This document shows positions 26,505 through 35,121 of a stretch of 60,096 nucleotides of DNA, in pieces (position 1 is the first letter of the stretch; the number at the start of each line of letters is the position of its first letter). Source of the DNA: Candidatus Lloydbacteria bacterium (lineage in GTDB: Bacteria > Patescibacteriota > Minisyncoccia > Phycocordibacterales > UBA6899); contig JAYTVK010000075.1 in NCBI GenBank assembly GCA_043744595.1, positions 1 through 60,096 of the forward strand. The letters are read 5' to 3'. The notes under the pieces are model-generated. The model saw only the letters and a list, made by a program, of their open reading frames with translations. It did not search any database and was not told where the DNA came from. A program made the translations under genes and the position numbers.

Positions 26505-27224
26505 TCAGAAGCCTGTGGTTGTGTGAGTGCTTGTTGCCTTGGTGCTTGTCGCGCGAGCTGTCGCGAGCTCGGGCATCAGCTTTTCTATCTCTGCGCGCGC
26601 CATAAATCCGTAGTAGGGTTTGCGGTTGATCACGAGGATAGGTAATTTCGTACCGTCGAGTTTGTAAATAGATTTGAGCGTTTCGATGACCGAGAGTCCG
26701 AGGTTATAGTCGAAGGCATAGATGTGGAGCTGATCATAATCCTCACGCATCGAGGTCAGCGCGTAGCCCTGCTTTTTACAGTCATCACAGCTGCCGATAT
26801 TGGTATAGAAATAAAGAATGGTCGAAGGTTTCTGACCGCACTGCTTGGAGCGCTCACGCAAGAGGAGATAGTCTTTGATCTGGAGGAGTGAGTAGTACTT
26901 CTTCAAGGTGACGACTTCTGCATCATCCGCACCACGCTGCTCTTCCATGTATGAGAGGCGGTTGGAAAGGCTGTTGATCTCGCCTACCATCGCGGGATTG
27001 ACATCATCACTTGTCTCACATGCAGCGTCTGCAAGGAGTGCATACTGCACTTCGGATTCAAGGATGTTGCGGCCGATATTATCCTCGATATTTTTGACCT
27101 GGCTGATGCGCTCGCCGTAAAGATAGTTCGACAAAAAGAACACCGCGGCAAATACCGCAGCGGTGATGAAAAATACCACCACGTATTTCTTTGAATTCAC
27201 TTCTTTATGTTCTTTGCTCGACAT
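26505..27224 (-). CDS. Membrane-anchored hypothetical protein with CDDC motif (possibly thioredoxin-fold)
   Basis: N-terminal anchor, coiled region, then YFYTNIGSCDDCKKQG in a beta-alpha-beta context. Confidence 0.35.
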   Translation of the reverse strand: MSSKEHKEVNSKKYVVVFFITAAVFAAVFFLSNYLYGERISQVKNIEDNIGRNILESEVQYALLADAACETSDDVNPAMVGEINSLSNRLSYMEEQRGADDAEVVTLKKYYSLLQIKDYLLLRERSKQCGQKPSTILYFYTNIGSCDDCKKQGYALTSMREDYDQLHIYAFDYNLGLSVIETLKSIYKLDGTKLPILVINRKPYYGFMARAEIEKLMPELATARATSTKATSTHTTTGF

Positions 27225-27309
27225 GTAGAGAGTTGTAGCGCATTTTGACTTTTTTTGCCAGTCGTATCGGTCTATAATGAGTACATATGCGGCCCTCAGT
27301 CGAGAAAAA

Positions 27310-28692
27310 ATGAAAAACTCCCGATTCTACCGGATAAGATTGTTTTTCATGACCTTCCTGCTGTCGATAGTTTTTGGGGCTCTGTTCGTATGCATACTCT
27401 CACTCTGCTTCCCGGCATTATTTGATGTACGTGAACTTCTTCACATCAGGCCGGCACACGTTGCCCTTCCTCCTGTTACTGTCCGCTATGGCCAGGGTGG
27501 GTTCACTCCGAGTGTGACCACGATACCGGTCGGAACAAGGGTGATATTCTTGAGTGCGACCACAACTCCGCTTGCGGTCGTGTCAGATCCGTACCCAACA
27601 GGGACCGACTATCCGGAGCTGGGTGACGGTATATATCTTGCGCAAGAGGGGACATATGACTTCACCTTTACCCGCGTCGGTACATTCGGATATTCCAATC
27701 GCGGGCAACATTCCGACCATGGAATAATAAAAGTATACGATCCGCTCCATTCGGTGCCGGATATCTCAAAGACTATCGAAGGACAAGAGAAAGTGCGGAA
27801 CAGATACCTTGCGATGCTCGTTCCAGGTAAGCCAAGTTCTATTTATACAGTATTCGATGCTATCGCCTCCGACACTCCGTTCTCCTTGAACTGCCATGAA
27901 GTCGGACATGATATCGGACATAGCGCGTATGAATTGTACGGCTTCTCCGGGGCAATGACTTTTGGAGATGTGGAGCGACTCAAGCATTCTTCCGCCGAAG
28001 AAGTGTGTGCCGGGGGATACATTCACGGTGTGGTCGAAGAGGCATCGCTCCACCAGTCGGATTTCAGTGTACATCCTGATACACTGTGCATGCAGGTGCC
28101 ATCAGGCGACCGCGCGAGTTGTTTTCATGGCGTCGGACATGCGCTCATGTTCACATACGCTCGTGACGCCTCCTCATCGCTTGAAGTCTGCAGGTCGCTC
28201 CCCGAGACCGGGTACCATGTGCGATGCTATGAGGGGGTGTGGATGGAATTCTTTTGGGGAGGCGACCATGAGGGTGGGATAAGTACACTCGGATGGGATG
28301 CTCGTGCACCTCTTCTGCCGTGTATCGCCGCGACAAGCGATACCAAGCCTGCCTGCTTCCTTTATTCAACCTTCGGCTATCTGCGTATGCACAAGAAGGA
28401 TTACACGGGCGCTATCAAACTGTGCACTGAGAGTAAATTATCTGATGAGAACGCGGGATTCTGTCTGAAGGGTGTTGGGTTGACCATGATGACACATTTC
28501 AAAGCACAACATCTCGAACAGTCGGAGCAGTTCGCCCGTGATCTGAGTGCAAACGAAAAATACTCGTTCTATCAGGGAGTGCTCAAGTATGCGGTGTTTT
28601 CAGGTATCGAAGAAGACAAGATGAAACAAAGCTGTGCGCTTTTTGTCTCCGACAGTGCGATATGCGCAAAGGTGCTCAGTGAGGGAAACTAA
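27310..28692 (+). CDS. Membrane-anchored protein: cupredoxin-like N-domain plus a six-fold C-x(9-13)-C-x2-G repeat domain
   Basis: Alternative start at 27277 lies inside a TATAAT. N-domain VGTRVIFLS...GTYDFTF...HGIIKVY. The C-domain repeats are described in the findings. Confidence 0.55.
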   Translation: MKNSRFYRIRLFFMTFLLSIVFGALFVCILSLCFPALFDVRELLHIRPAHVALPPVTVRYGQGGFTPSVTTIPVGTRVIFLSATTTPLAVVSDPYPTGTDYPELGDGIYLAQEGTYDFTFTRVGTFGYSNRGQHSDHGIIKVYDPLHSVPDISKTIEGQEKVRNRYLAMLVPGKPSSIYTVFDAIASDTPFSLNCHEVGHDIGHSAYELYGFSGAMTFGDVERLKHSSAEEVCAGGYIHGVVEEASLHQSDFSVHPDTLCMQVPSGDRASCFHGVGHALMFTYARDASSSLEVCRSLPETGYHVRCYEGVWMEFFWGGDHEGGISTLGWDARAPLLPCIAATSDTKPACFLYSTFGYLRMHKKDYTGAIKLCTESKLSDENAGFCLKGVGLTMMTHFKAQHLEQSEQFARDLSANEKYSFYQGVLKYAVFSGIEEDKMKQSCALFVSDSAICAKVLSEGN

Positions 28693-28707
28693 AGTCGTCT
28701 TTTGCGA

Positions 28708-29955
28708 CTAGCGCCAATGAGCGTCCTTGGCGGTGATGAGGTTATAGAGTGAGCGGGCAAGCCAGAAAGGAGCGATGAATCCGTACAGGAGAAGGAAGTA
28801 CAGGATATCAAGCGACAGCTTTTTCTTGGCCATGCGCACTCCCATGATGACAAAAAATAGCACGGTAAAAAATAACAGATAGACGATGAGATCTCTGAAT
28901 TCGAGATTGAGCGAAAACCAGTCGAAGGTATAGCTCTTCAGGTGCGGGTGGAATCCGATAGCAGAATACTTCAAATACAATTCATGGGTCGTGTGTGCAA
29001 TGCTTCGTATATAGAGCGCGGTAAAAAAAAGTGCGATGAAGATAGAGACAAATGCGAACGGCAGCACCAAGAAGCCGAGGTTGCCGTACTTGCGTGAGAG
29101 GAACATGAAACGATATTCAAAGAATGCATTTTTAAGGAATCCGGAGACCCAGCGCACACGCTGCTTGTAGAGTGCCTTGGGGGTCGCAGGGGAGACCGTG
29201 TAGACATATGCGGTGTGTGAGTTCTCTATCTTCATGCGATTTGCCTGCAGGCGCATCGCCATTTCCATGTCCTCGGTCTGATAGCCGTGTACGAAGTTAC
29301 CTATTTCTTCAAAAATTTTGTGCCTATATATGGAAAATGGTCCCGGGGTGACATAGAGTCCATTCAATCGGCTGAACACCTTTCTGGTGAACTCGCCTAT
29401 CATGTACTCGGTCGCCTGCAGTTTCTGGAGAATATTGCCCGGCTTATGGATCTGCACCGACGGAGTGACCGCCATCACCTCCGGGTTGTCGAAGTAGGGG
29501 ATGATCTCTTTGAGAGCGTCTTTGTCGACGAATGAGTCGGCATCAAGACAGCCAATAAGGTCGTTTTTGCACTCAGCGATGCCTAAATTAAGTGCAGTAA
29601 ACTTGCCACCGTTCGGCTTTGAGAAGATGCGTATCTGAGGGTTCCCTTCAAACTTCTTGGCATAGAGAAGGGTGTCGTCGGTCGAACCATCGTCGACAAT
29701 GAAGATCTCGAGCCGGTCTTTCGGGTAGTCGAGTGCCAGAAGGGACTCAATGGTCCCAGTGATGGTATTGCCCTCATTCCAGGCAGGGACAACGATGGTC
29801 ACGCTCGGATATTTGCCCGGCATACGCCCACGGTCCTTTCCTTTTTCGGGTACGAATTCATCCTTCTCCTCAAAGTAGGAAACAAGGATGAACACCTCAA
29901 AATACATGGTTAAAAAGAGGAGTCCATAGACTAGAAAGCTTGATAGATATTGCAT
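28708..29955 (-). CDS. Family 2 processive glycosyltransferase (PgaC / cellulose-synthase-like)
   Basis: VVPAWNEG, VDDGSTDDT, LDADSF, QRVRWVSG (QxxRW), with TM segments at both ends. Confidence 0.8.
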   Translation of the reverse strand: MQYLSSFLVYGLLFLTMYFEVFILVSYFEEKDEFVPEKGKDRGRMPGKYPSVTIVVPAWNEGNTITGTIESLLALDYPKDRLEIFIVDDGSTDDTLLYAKKFEGNPQIRIFSKPNGGKFTALNLGIAECKNDLIGCLDADSFVDKDALKEIIPYFDNPEVMAVTPSVQIHKPGNILQKLQATEYMIGEFTRKVFSRLNGLYVTPGPFSIYRHKIFEEIGNFVHGYQTEDMEMAMRLQANRMKIENSHTAYVYTVSPATPKALYKQRVRWVSGFLKNAFFEYRFMFLSRKYGNLGFLVLPFAFVSIFIALFFTALYIRSIAHTTHELYLKYSAIGFHPHLKSYTFDWFSLNLEFRDLIVYLLFFTVLFFVIMGVRMAKKKLSLDILYFLLLYGFIAPFWLARSLYNLITAKDAHWR

Positions 29956-30307
29956 AGTGTGGCCTTGAGGGTGTGGTCAATCCAGCTGATAATAGTACTA
30001 AAATACCCATATGTAAAGGCGTTTTCTATTCAAATTTTGGGGTCCGATCTGGGGTGGGAAATCGAAAAAAGCGGTAAATCGTGAAAATAACCATATCCTT
30101 CAACAAATGTGACGCAATTTCACTACTTTTTTGCAAACTGTCAAATTTATTTTACCCACTACGAATCAGAAGCCAGAAATTCATCTGCCTTTCATAGTCA
30201 AAAATACCTATATATAACAACGTAAATTTGCTTGTGGGCAAAAGCTATTGCGGGGAAGTACCATGTCAGTACAATTGTCAGGTACTTGAACATCCCACAG
30301 AGTTCCA

Positions 30308-30336
30308 TTGACTTTATTTCAAATTCGTGATATTAT
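30308..30336 (+). promoter_or_regulatory. Sigma-70-like promoter for the lytic transglycosylase gene
   Basis: TTGACT, 17-nt spacer, TATTAT. Confidence 0.5.
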
Positions 30337-30418
30337 AAACGAATTCGGAAGGCGTCAGTCTAAAGCTCGGTTCAAGACCGTTTATCCCAGCTAATCCACA
30401 TTTGACCATCCCACCTCT

Positions 30419-31153
30419 ATGATGAAAATCACCTCAGCCTCAGAAGATATCGGTAAACAGAAGGGGAGAAACCTCCCCCGACATATTGCCTCACTCACAC
30501 TCCTGGCTACGCTCAGCTTCTTGGCACATCCTGCTATTGTTTCGGCAGCCGGTTATAACTATCTGCAGCAGAACGCACCAACATTCATCGATAAGACCAA
30601 TAAGCAGTATGGACAGATGGTCGACATCGCCGCACTCCTCAATGATTATGACAAGAAGCTCATCCTTGCGGTGATCATCATTGAATCTGAGGGTAATGTA
30701 CAGGCGACAAGTCACAGGGGTGCCCAGGGACTCATGCAGCTCATGCCCGAGACCGCAAAGGGACTTGGTGTGAAGGATCCGAGCGATCCCTTGCAGAATA
30801 TCCTTGCGGGCACGAAGTATCTGAAGCAGCTTGAAGGTGCATATGGATTTGACTCGCCTCAAGAAGCACTCGTCGCATATAATATGGGACCTTCACGCGC
30901 AAAGCGCTGGCTCTCGCAGTATTCCGCAGAGGATTACGGTTATGTGCAAAAAGTGATGTATGTCTACGGCGTACTTGTTGAGCAGGAGAAGCAGAAAGAT
31001 CAGCTCGCTGAATCGATCAAGAATAAAATGGACGAATCGGACAAGCTTGCAAAAGCTCCGATGCCGATGCTCAACAAACCGCGCACCCTCAGTATGGCGG
31101 CATTCCCAATGACCATTCCCGCAGGTCGCCGCGAAGGTGAAACACAGAACTGA
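30419..31153 (+). CDS. Lytic transglycosylase (SLT domain)
   Basis: IIESEGN, AQGLMQLMPETA, AYNMGP. Confidence 0.8.
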   Translation: MMKITSASEDIGKQKGRNLPRHIASLTLLATLSFLAHPAIVSAAGYNYLQQNAPTFIDKTNKQYGQMVDIAALLNDYDKKLILAVIIIESEGNVQATSHRGAQGLMQLMPETAKGLGVKDPSDPLQNILAGTKYLKQLEGAYGFDSPQEALVAYNMGPSRAKRWLSQYSAEDYGYVQKVMYVYGVLVEQEKQKDQLAESIKNKMDESDKLAKAPMPMLNKPRTLSMAAFPMTIPAGRREGETQN

Positions 31154-31174
31154 TCGCTTAAAAAAGACTTAAAA

Positions 31175-31209
31175 AGAAAGACCGCGCCCAAAGCGCGGTC
31201 TTTCTTTTT
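31175..31209 (+). terminator. Intrinsic terminator
   Basis: agaaagaccgcgc-ccaaa-gcgcggtctttct followed by tttt. Confidence 0.7.
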
Positions 31210-31237
31210 GCCTCATCTCCTGTGATAGAATCAGTCC

Positions 31238-32002
31238 ATGATCGAAGTGTCATTTTTTTCGGCGCTGCTCGGCGGCATTCTGACATTCTTTGCGCCATGC
31301 ACGCTGCCTCTCATTCCTGCCTATGTCGGTTTCCTCGGAGGGGGAGTGAAAGCAGAAGAAAGCGGCGGCTCGGTAAGGCGGCGCATACTGCGTAATGCCG
31401 TCTTATTCGTGCTCGGATTTTCGCTCATTTTTATCCTTGCCGGTGTCATTTCCGGCAGCCTTGGTAAGGCGTACGTGCGCCACCATGTCATCATCTCACA
31501 GCTCTCCGGAGTGATCATTCTGTTCTTCGGCCTCTCGATGCTTGATATCATCCCGCTTTCAGGTTTTGTTACAAACTTGCTCACAAAATTTTTCAGGGTG
31601 AAGAAACTTCCGAAGAGCATGACTCCCGGAAATCCTACGTCTGCATTTCTTCTCGGGGTACTGTTTGCGATAGGTCTCGGTCCGACATGCCTCGGCCCGA
31701 TACTCGGATATATATCGCTCCTCGCTGCGACCTCGGGCACCGCACTCTACGGTGCGCTTATGCTCACGGTATATTCACTCGGCATCGCGATACCGTTCCT
31801 CATTGTCGCGCTTCTTTACGGCAGTTCATTCTCATATATCGAAAGGCTCACCAAGATATTGCCGCTCATCAACCGCATCTCGGGACTCATTTTGATCGTT
31901 ATCGGCATACTGCTTATCATGGTCAACTTCGGCATGATAAGCATCTGGATGGGACATGTACTTCGGGCACAGTGGTATACTGATCTGGTGAACTACATGT
32001 GA
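31238..32002 (+). CDS. ccdA: CcdA/DsbD-family thiol-disulfide transmembrane electron transporter
   Basis: FFAPCTLPLIPAYVGF and a second conserved Cys region (GPTCLGPILG). Six TM segments. Confidence 0.8.
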   Translation: MIEVSFFSALLGGILTFFAPCTLPLIPAYVGFLGGGVKAEESGGSVRRRILRNAVLFVLGFSLIFILAGVISGSLGKAYVRHHVIISQLSGVIILFFGLSMLDIIPLSGFVTNLLTKFFRVKKLPKSMTPGNPTSAFLLGVLFAIGLGPTCLGPILGYISLLAATSGTALYGALMLTVYSLGIAIPFLIVALLYGSSFSYIERLTKILPLINRISGLILIVIGILLIMVNFGMISIWMGHVLRAQWYTDLVNYM

Positions 32003-32028
32003 TCTCCCCGGAGGGCGATCGTCATAAC

Positions 32029-32952
32029 ATGAAATTTCTCTCACTACTCTTTTCGTTAGGTAGACCCATTCCACTCTTCGCACTCTTTGCGATACTGCTT
32101 CTCCCTGCGACAGGAGAGGCTCGTGTCGTTCATGCGGGACTACCGAGCGAGCAGATATGGTTCTCAAAAGACCCGTTCTTTGCGGGTGATACCATCACTA
32201 TCTTCACTCTCGTATTCAATTCGAGTAATTATCGTCTCTCGGGCACCATGACGCTACGAGACGGAACGGGAACGCTCGACGCGAAGCCCTTTGTGGTGGA
32301 TGCAAGCGGCGGTTCGCAAGTGGTAACATTCCCGTGGCTGGTGACGAAGGGGAATCATACGTTCTCCGCTATCATTTCACAGGATGCACTAAGTCAGAAT
32401 GGTACGATGCTTACTGACGCACTCATCACCGCAACGCGCACTCCAAAGATCTCGCGCTTTGCCGATGACGACAAGAATCAGAACGGCATTGGCGATAGTC
32501 TCGAGCCACCCCCACCGGCACCGTCACCTGCAAAACAGGCGACTACTTCTCTAGTAGCAACTTCGGCGCTCACTGTGCCGACGTCAAAAGATATACGCGC
32601 TGAAGAAGGCGCAATACTTGCGAATGCACCGACGCCTATTGTGAGTGCCGCGGTCCCTATACTTGGAGCGATCGAAGATTTTCGCGTGACTGAAGCAGTG
32701 AAAGCACTGCGCAACTTAGTGCAATTAGAAAGCACCATGAGCCATGGAACCACCACCGCAGATACCAGCGGCTGGAAGATCCTCGGCACAGGAATGACCA
32801 GTGGAGAAGTTGTGAAGAGTCCGTTCGATCATCTGAAGTTATTCATCGCACTCATTCTCAGGTTCTTTACAGAAAATCCTTATGCGTTTTATGCAGTACT
32901 TCTTCTTTTGTTGTATAAGCTTGTGCGCATGATCACTCGTCTATTCTTCTGA
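32029..32952 (+). CDS. Secreted/anchored hypothetical protein with Ig-like (CARDB-like) N-domain and C-terminal TM
   Basis: Signal-like MKFLSLLFS. Alternative GTG start at 31999. No family recognised with confidence. Confidence 0.45.
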   Translation: MKFLSLLFSLGRPIPLFALFAILLLPATGEARVVHAGLPSEQIWFSKDPFFAGDTITIFTLVFNSSNYRLSGTMTLRDGTGTLDAKPFVVDASGGSQVVTFPWLVTKGNHTFSAIISQDALSQNGTMLTDALITATRTPKISRFADDDKNQNGIGDSLEPPPPAPSPAKQATTSLVATSALTVPTSKDIRAEEGAILANAPTPIVSAAVPILGAIEDFRVTEAVKALRNLVQLESTMSHGTTTADTSGWKILGTGMTSGEVVKSPFDHLKLFIALILRFFTENPYAFYAVLLLLLYKLVRMITRLFF

Positions 32953-33012
32953 TGTTATCTTTTTCATCACTTCGCACCTTTCTTTCCGGGTCAGCCGTAG
33001 TACACTAGTAAG

Positions 33013-33522
33013 GTGGATACAAAAGGAACATATGTGATATTGGGCATCATCATCCTTGCGGTCGCAGGGTATGCCTTTATCTCATTCCAAAAATCATCAC
33101 TCCTCGATACCGGCCCGGCAACATACAATGCAGAGTCACAAGCAAGTACTACTGCTTGGGAAAATACCCCGGCTGAAATTGTTGTTACTCAAAAGACCGT
33201 TGTCACCGCGAAACATGCATACCTGAAGGGGGAACATACTGTCGCGGGTGAAGTGCCGCTTCCGACCGCATGCGATATCCTTGATTCGAGTGCGATAGTG
33301 AGTGCGGATAAAAAACAGGTGCTGGTGCAGCTCGCATCACGAATTGCGACCGGAGAAAAATGTACCCCGAACATCACCCCCGCGCGTTTTAAGGTAACTG
33401 CTGTTGCAAATAAAGATGCAGTCATCACCGCAACATTCAACGGCCAGCAGGTGACCCTCAATCTGATCGAAGCGGTACCGGGAGAGAATCTCGATAATTT
33501 CGAGTTGTACATCAAAGGATAA
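33013..33522 (+). CDS. Membrane-anchored hypothetical protein (GTG start)
   Basis: Intact ORF with N-terminal TM and a beta-rich ectodomain. Confidence 0.45.
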   Translation: MDTKGTYVILGIIILAVAGYAFISFQKSSLLDTGPATYNAESQASTTAWENTPAEIVVTQKTVVTAKHAYLKGEHTVAGEVPLPTACDILDSSAIVSADKKQVLVQLASRIATGEKCTPNITPARFKVTAVANKDAVITATFNGQQVTLNLIEAVPGENLDNFELYIKG

Positions 33523-33534
33523 AAGTCACTCGGG

Positions 33535-33655
33535 CTTACAAATTTCAAAAGCACCGTCAGCCGTTCCAGCGAACGGCTGTGTTCTACTCAACAGTTTGCC
33601 CCATCAGAATGGGGACCATGCCAAACTGTCTCCGTAAGGCTTTTGAAATTTGAAG
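33535..33655. ncRNA. Candidate structured RNA or MITE-like inverted-repeat element (three-way junction)
   Basis: Closing stem caaatttcaaaagc (33539-33552) / gcttttgaaatttg (33639-33652). Hairpin cagccgttc-cagc-gaacggctg (33558-33579). Hairpin cagtttg..caaactg (33592-33628) enclosing ccccat-caga-atgggg. Strand undetermined. Confidence 0.35.
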
Positions 33656-33686
33656 TCCTCGCTCTCTAGAAAATGCGGCGATTTTT

Positions 33687-34259
33687 TTACTGCATCTTTT
33701 TCCGCAAACTCAGTGTAACAACGAGTATATTCGCAAACACAAGGTAGATCGGATACAGCGCATTACTGAGGTCAAAGGTAGCGACGGCAAATACATTGAG
33801 TGTTGCAACAGCAAGTGAAATAGACCAAGCACGTGTGTCTTCAGTTCCGGGGTGCTTGTATAATTTTTTTGCGATAGCAAGAGTCCCAAGTCCGTCAACG
33901 AGCACATTGAGTACCAGAGCGTATAGTGGATCGTTCGTATATACCCAAAGTACGATACTCAGTCCGGAGAGGAGAAGACAAAAATAATCGAACCGCGAAA
34001 ATGTGATATATCCGGTCCTGAATGAAATGATAATGACGAGTGATTGTCCGATGACATACGCGATCGCCAGCCACACTGCCTGCCATGCATGAAGCGCTAC
34101 GCTAGATGCCACTATCATGACCATTGCGACGGTGTAGAGAAACCACCCTGCGAGATTTGGTTTTGTAACCCCTTTTCTCATTGAGATAATAAGAAACCAG
34201 AAGGGAACAAAACCAAGTATTCCTGCTGTATATCCGATGTAAGGCTGAATTTCACTCAT
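33687..34259 (-). CDS. Polytopic membrane protein, hypothetical
   Basis: About 6 TM segments. No family recognised. Confidence 0.5.
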   Translation of the reverse strand: MSEIQPYIGYTAGILGFVPFWFLIISMRKGVTKPNLAGWFLYTVAMVMIVASSVALHAWQAVWLAIAYVIGQSLVIIISFRTGYITFSRFDYFCLLLSGLSIVLWVYTNDPLYALVLNVLVDGLGTLAIAKKLYKHPGTEDTRAWSISLAVATLNVFAVATFDLSNALYPIYLVFANILVVTLSLRKKMQ

Positions 34260-34368
34260 ACGCTCAGGGTATCACCATTTTGGGCCCGAAACTAGGCGTT
34301 TTGGGGGTGGTATGTTGTGCTTTGTTACCCACTTGCTCGGCCAAAATACCTTTGCTACGCTTAGTCAT

Positions 34369-34902
34369 ATGGCTAAACAAACACAACAACTGGTGCTGAT
34401 GCTGGTAATAGGAATTCTTATCGGAACGACTGCAGTGATGGCATGGAAAGCAAAGACCGTAGGTGAGAGTGAGGAAGCAGTGAACACGACCGTAAGTGGT
34501 GCGACAACTTCGACGGAAAGCATGATGAACAAAGAAATGATAGGCGAGGCCCCCGCGTTACCTCAAGGTCCGGAGATACCTGCAAATAAGCGCATCGGTC
34601 TTTCGGTCGAAGATCAGGCTGCAGGAACAGTGGTCGCGGTAACTGGTCTAGATATTGCGGAGACTCATTGGCTCGCGATCTATGACGATGAAGACGGCAC
34701 TCCCGGTTGGATCCTTGGAGCTGTACGTATTCACGCCGGTGATACGAGTGCAAATATCGAACTGCTTCGCCCGACCCTTTCAGGAAAGAAATATTATGTT
34801 GCGATGCTCGGAGATGACGGCGCTGCTACCTTCAGCAAGAAGACTGATCTTCCGCCGCTTTCACCGGACAAAGTCCTCATTGCATCGTTCGTGGCAAAGT
34901 AA
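34369..34902 (+). CDS. Membrane-anchored hypothetical protein
   Basis: Start at MAKQTQQLVLML (anchor). Beta-rich C-domain. Confidence 0.45.
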   Translation: MAKQTQQLVLMLVIGILIGTTAVMAWKAKTVGESEEAVNTTVSGATTSTESMMNKEMIGEAPALPQGPEIPANKRIGLSVEDQAAGTVVAVTGLDIAETHWLAIYDDEDGTPGWILGAVRIHAGDTSANIELLRPTLSGKKYYVAMLGDDGAATFSKKTDLPPLSPDKVLIASFVAK

Positions 34903-34982
34903 GTGACAAAGTAAGCGGAAACCTCTTGCTTTGTCGGCATTTGGTCGAAGTAAATAACTCCAAAACGATCACTATTTTTAAA

Positions 34983-35014
34983 AACAGCCTTTTCCCCAGA
35001 AAAGGCTGTTTTTA
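34983..35014 (+). terminator. Intrinsic terminator
   Basis: aacagcctttt-ccccag-aaaaggctgtt followed by tttt. Confidence 0.7.
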
Positions 35015-35121
35015 TGGGATAACTTCATATACAGCTTGGTGGAATCTTGTGATATAATTTGCGCAAGGCATTGCAGAGCACAGGGGAAGTTGTGCCCGCC
35101 TGTTTCTTTTACTTACGCATG

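Noticed and set aside
29956-30418. A c-di-GMP (GEMM) riboswitch upstream of the PgaC-like GT2 gene.
   Set aside because: I could not locate the conserved GEMM-I/II core or the paired tetraloop-receptor hairpins on the relevant (minus) strand. The region is left as an unexplained long intergenic tract.
33535-33655. Identification of the structured element as 4.5S/SRP RNA, 6S RNA, tmRNA or a known riboswitch.
   Set aside because: The fold is a three-way junction, not an SRP-type hairpin. There is no GGAA/GNAR-loop domain IV motif. It is too short for 6S, tmRNA or RNase P. No gene is positioned to be regulated in cis. It is kept only as an unclassified candidate.
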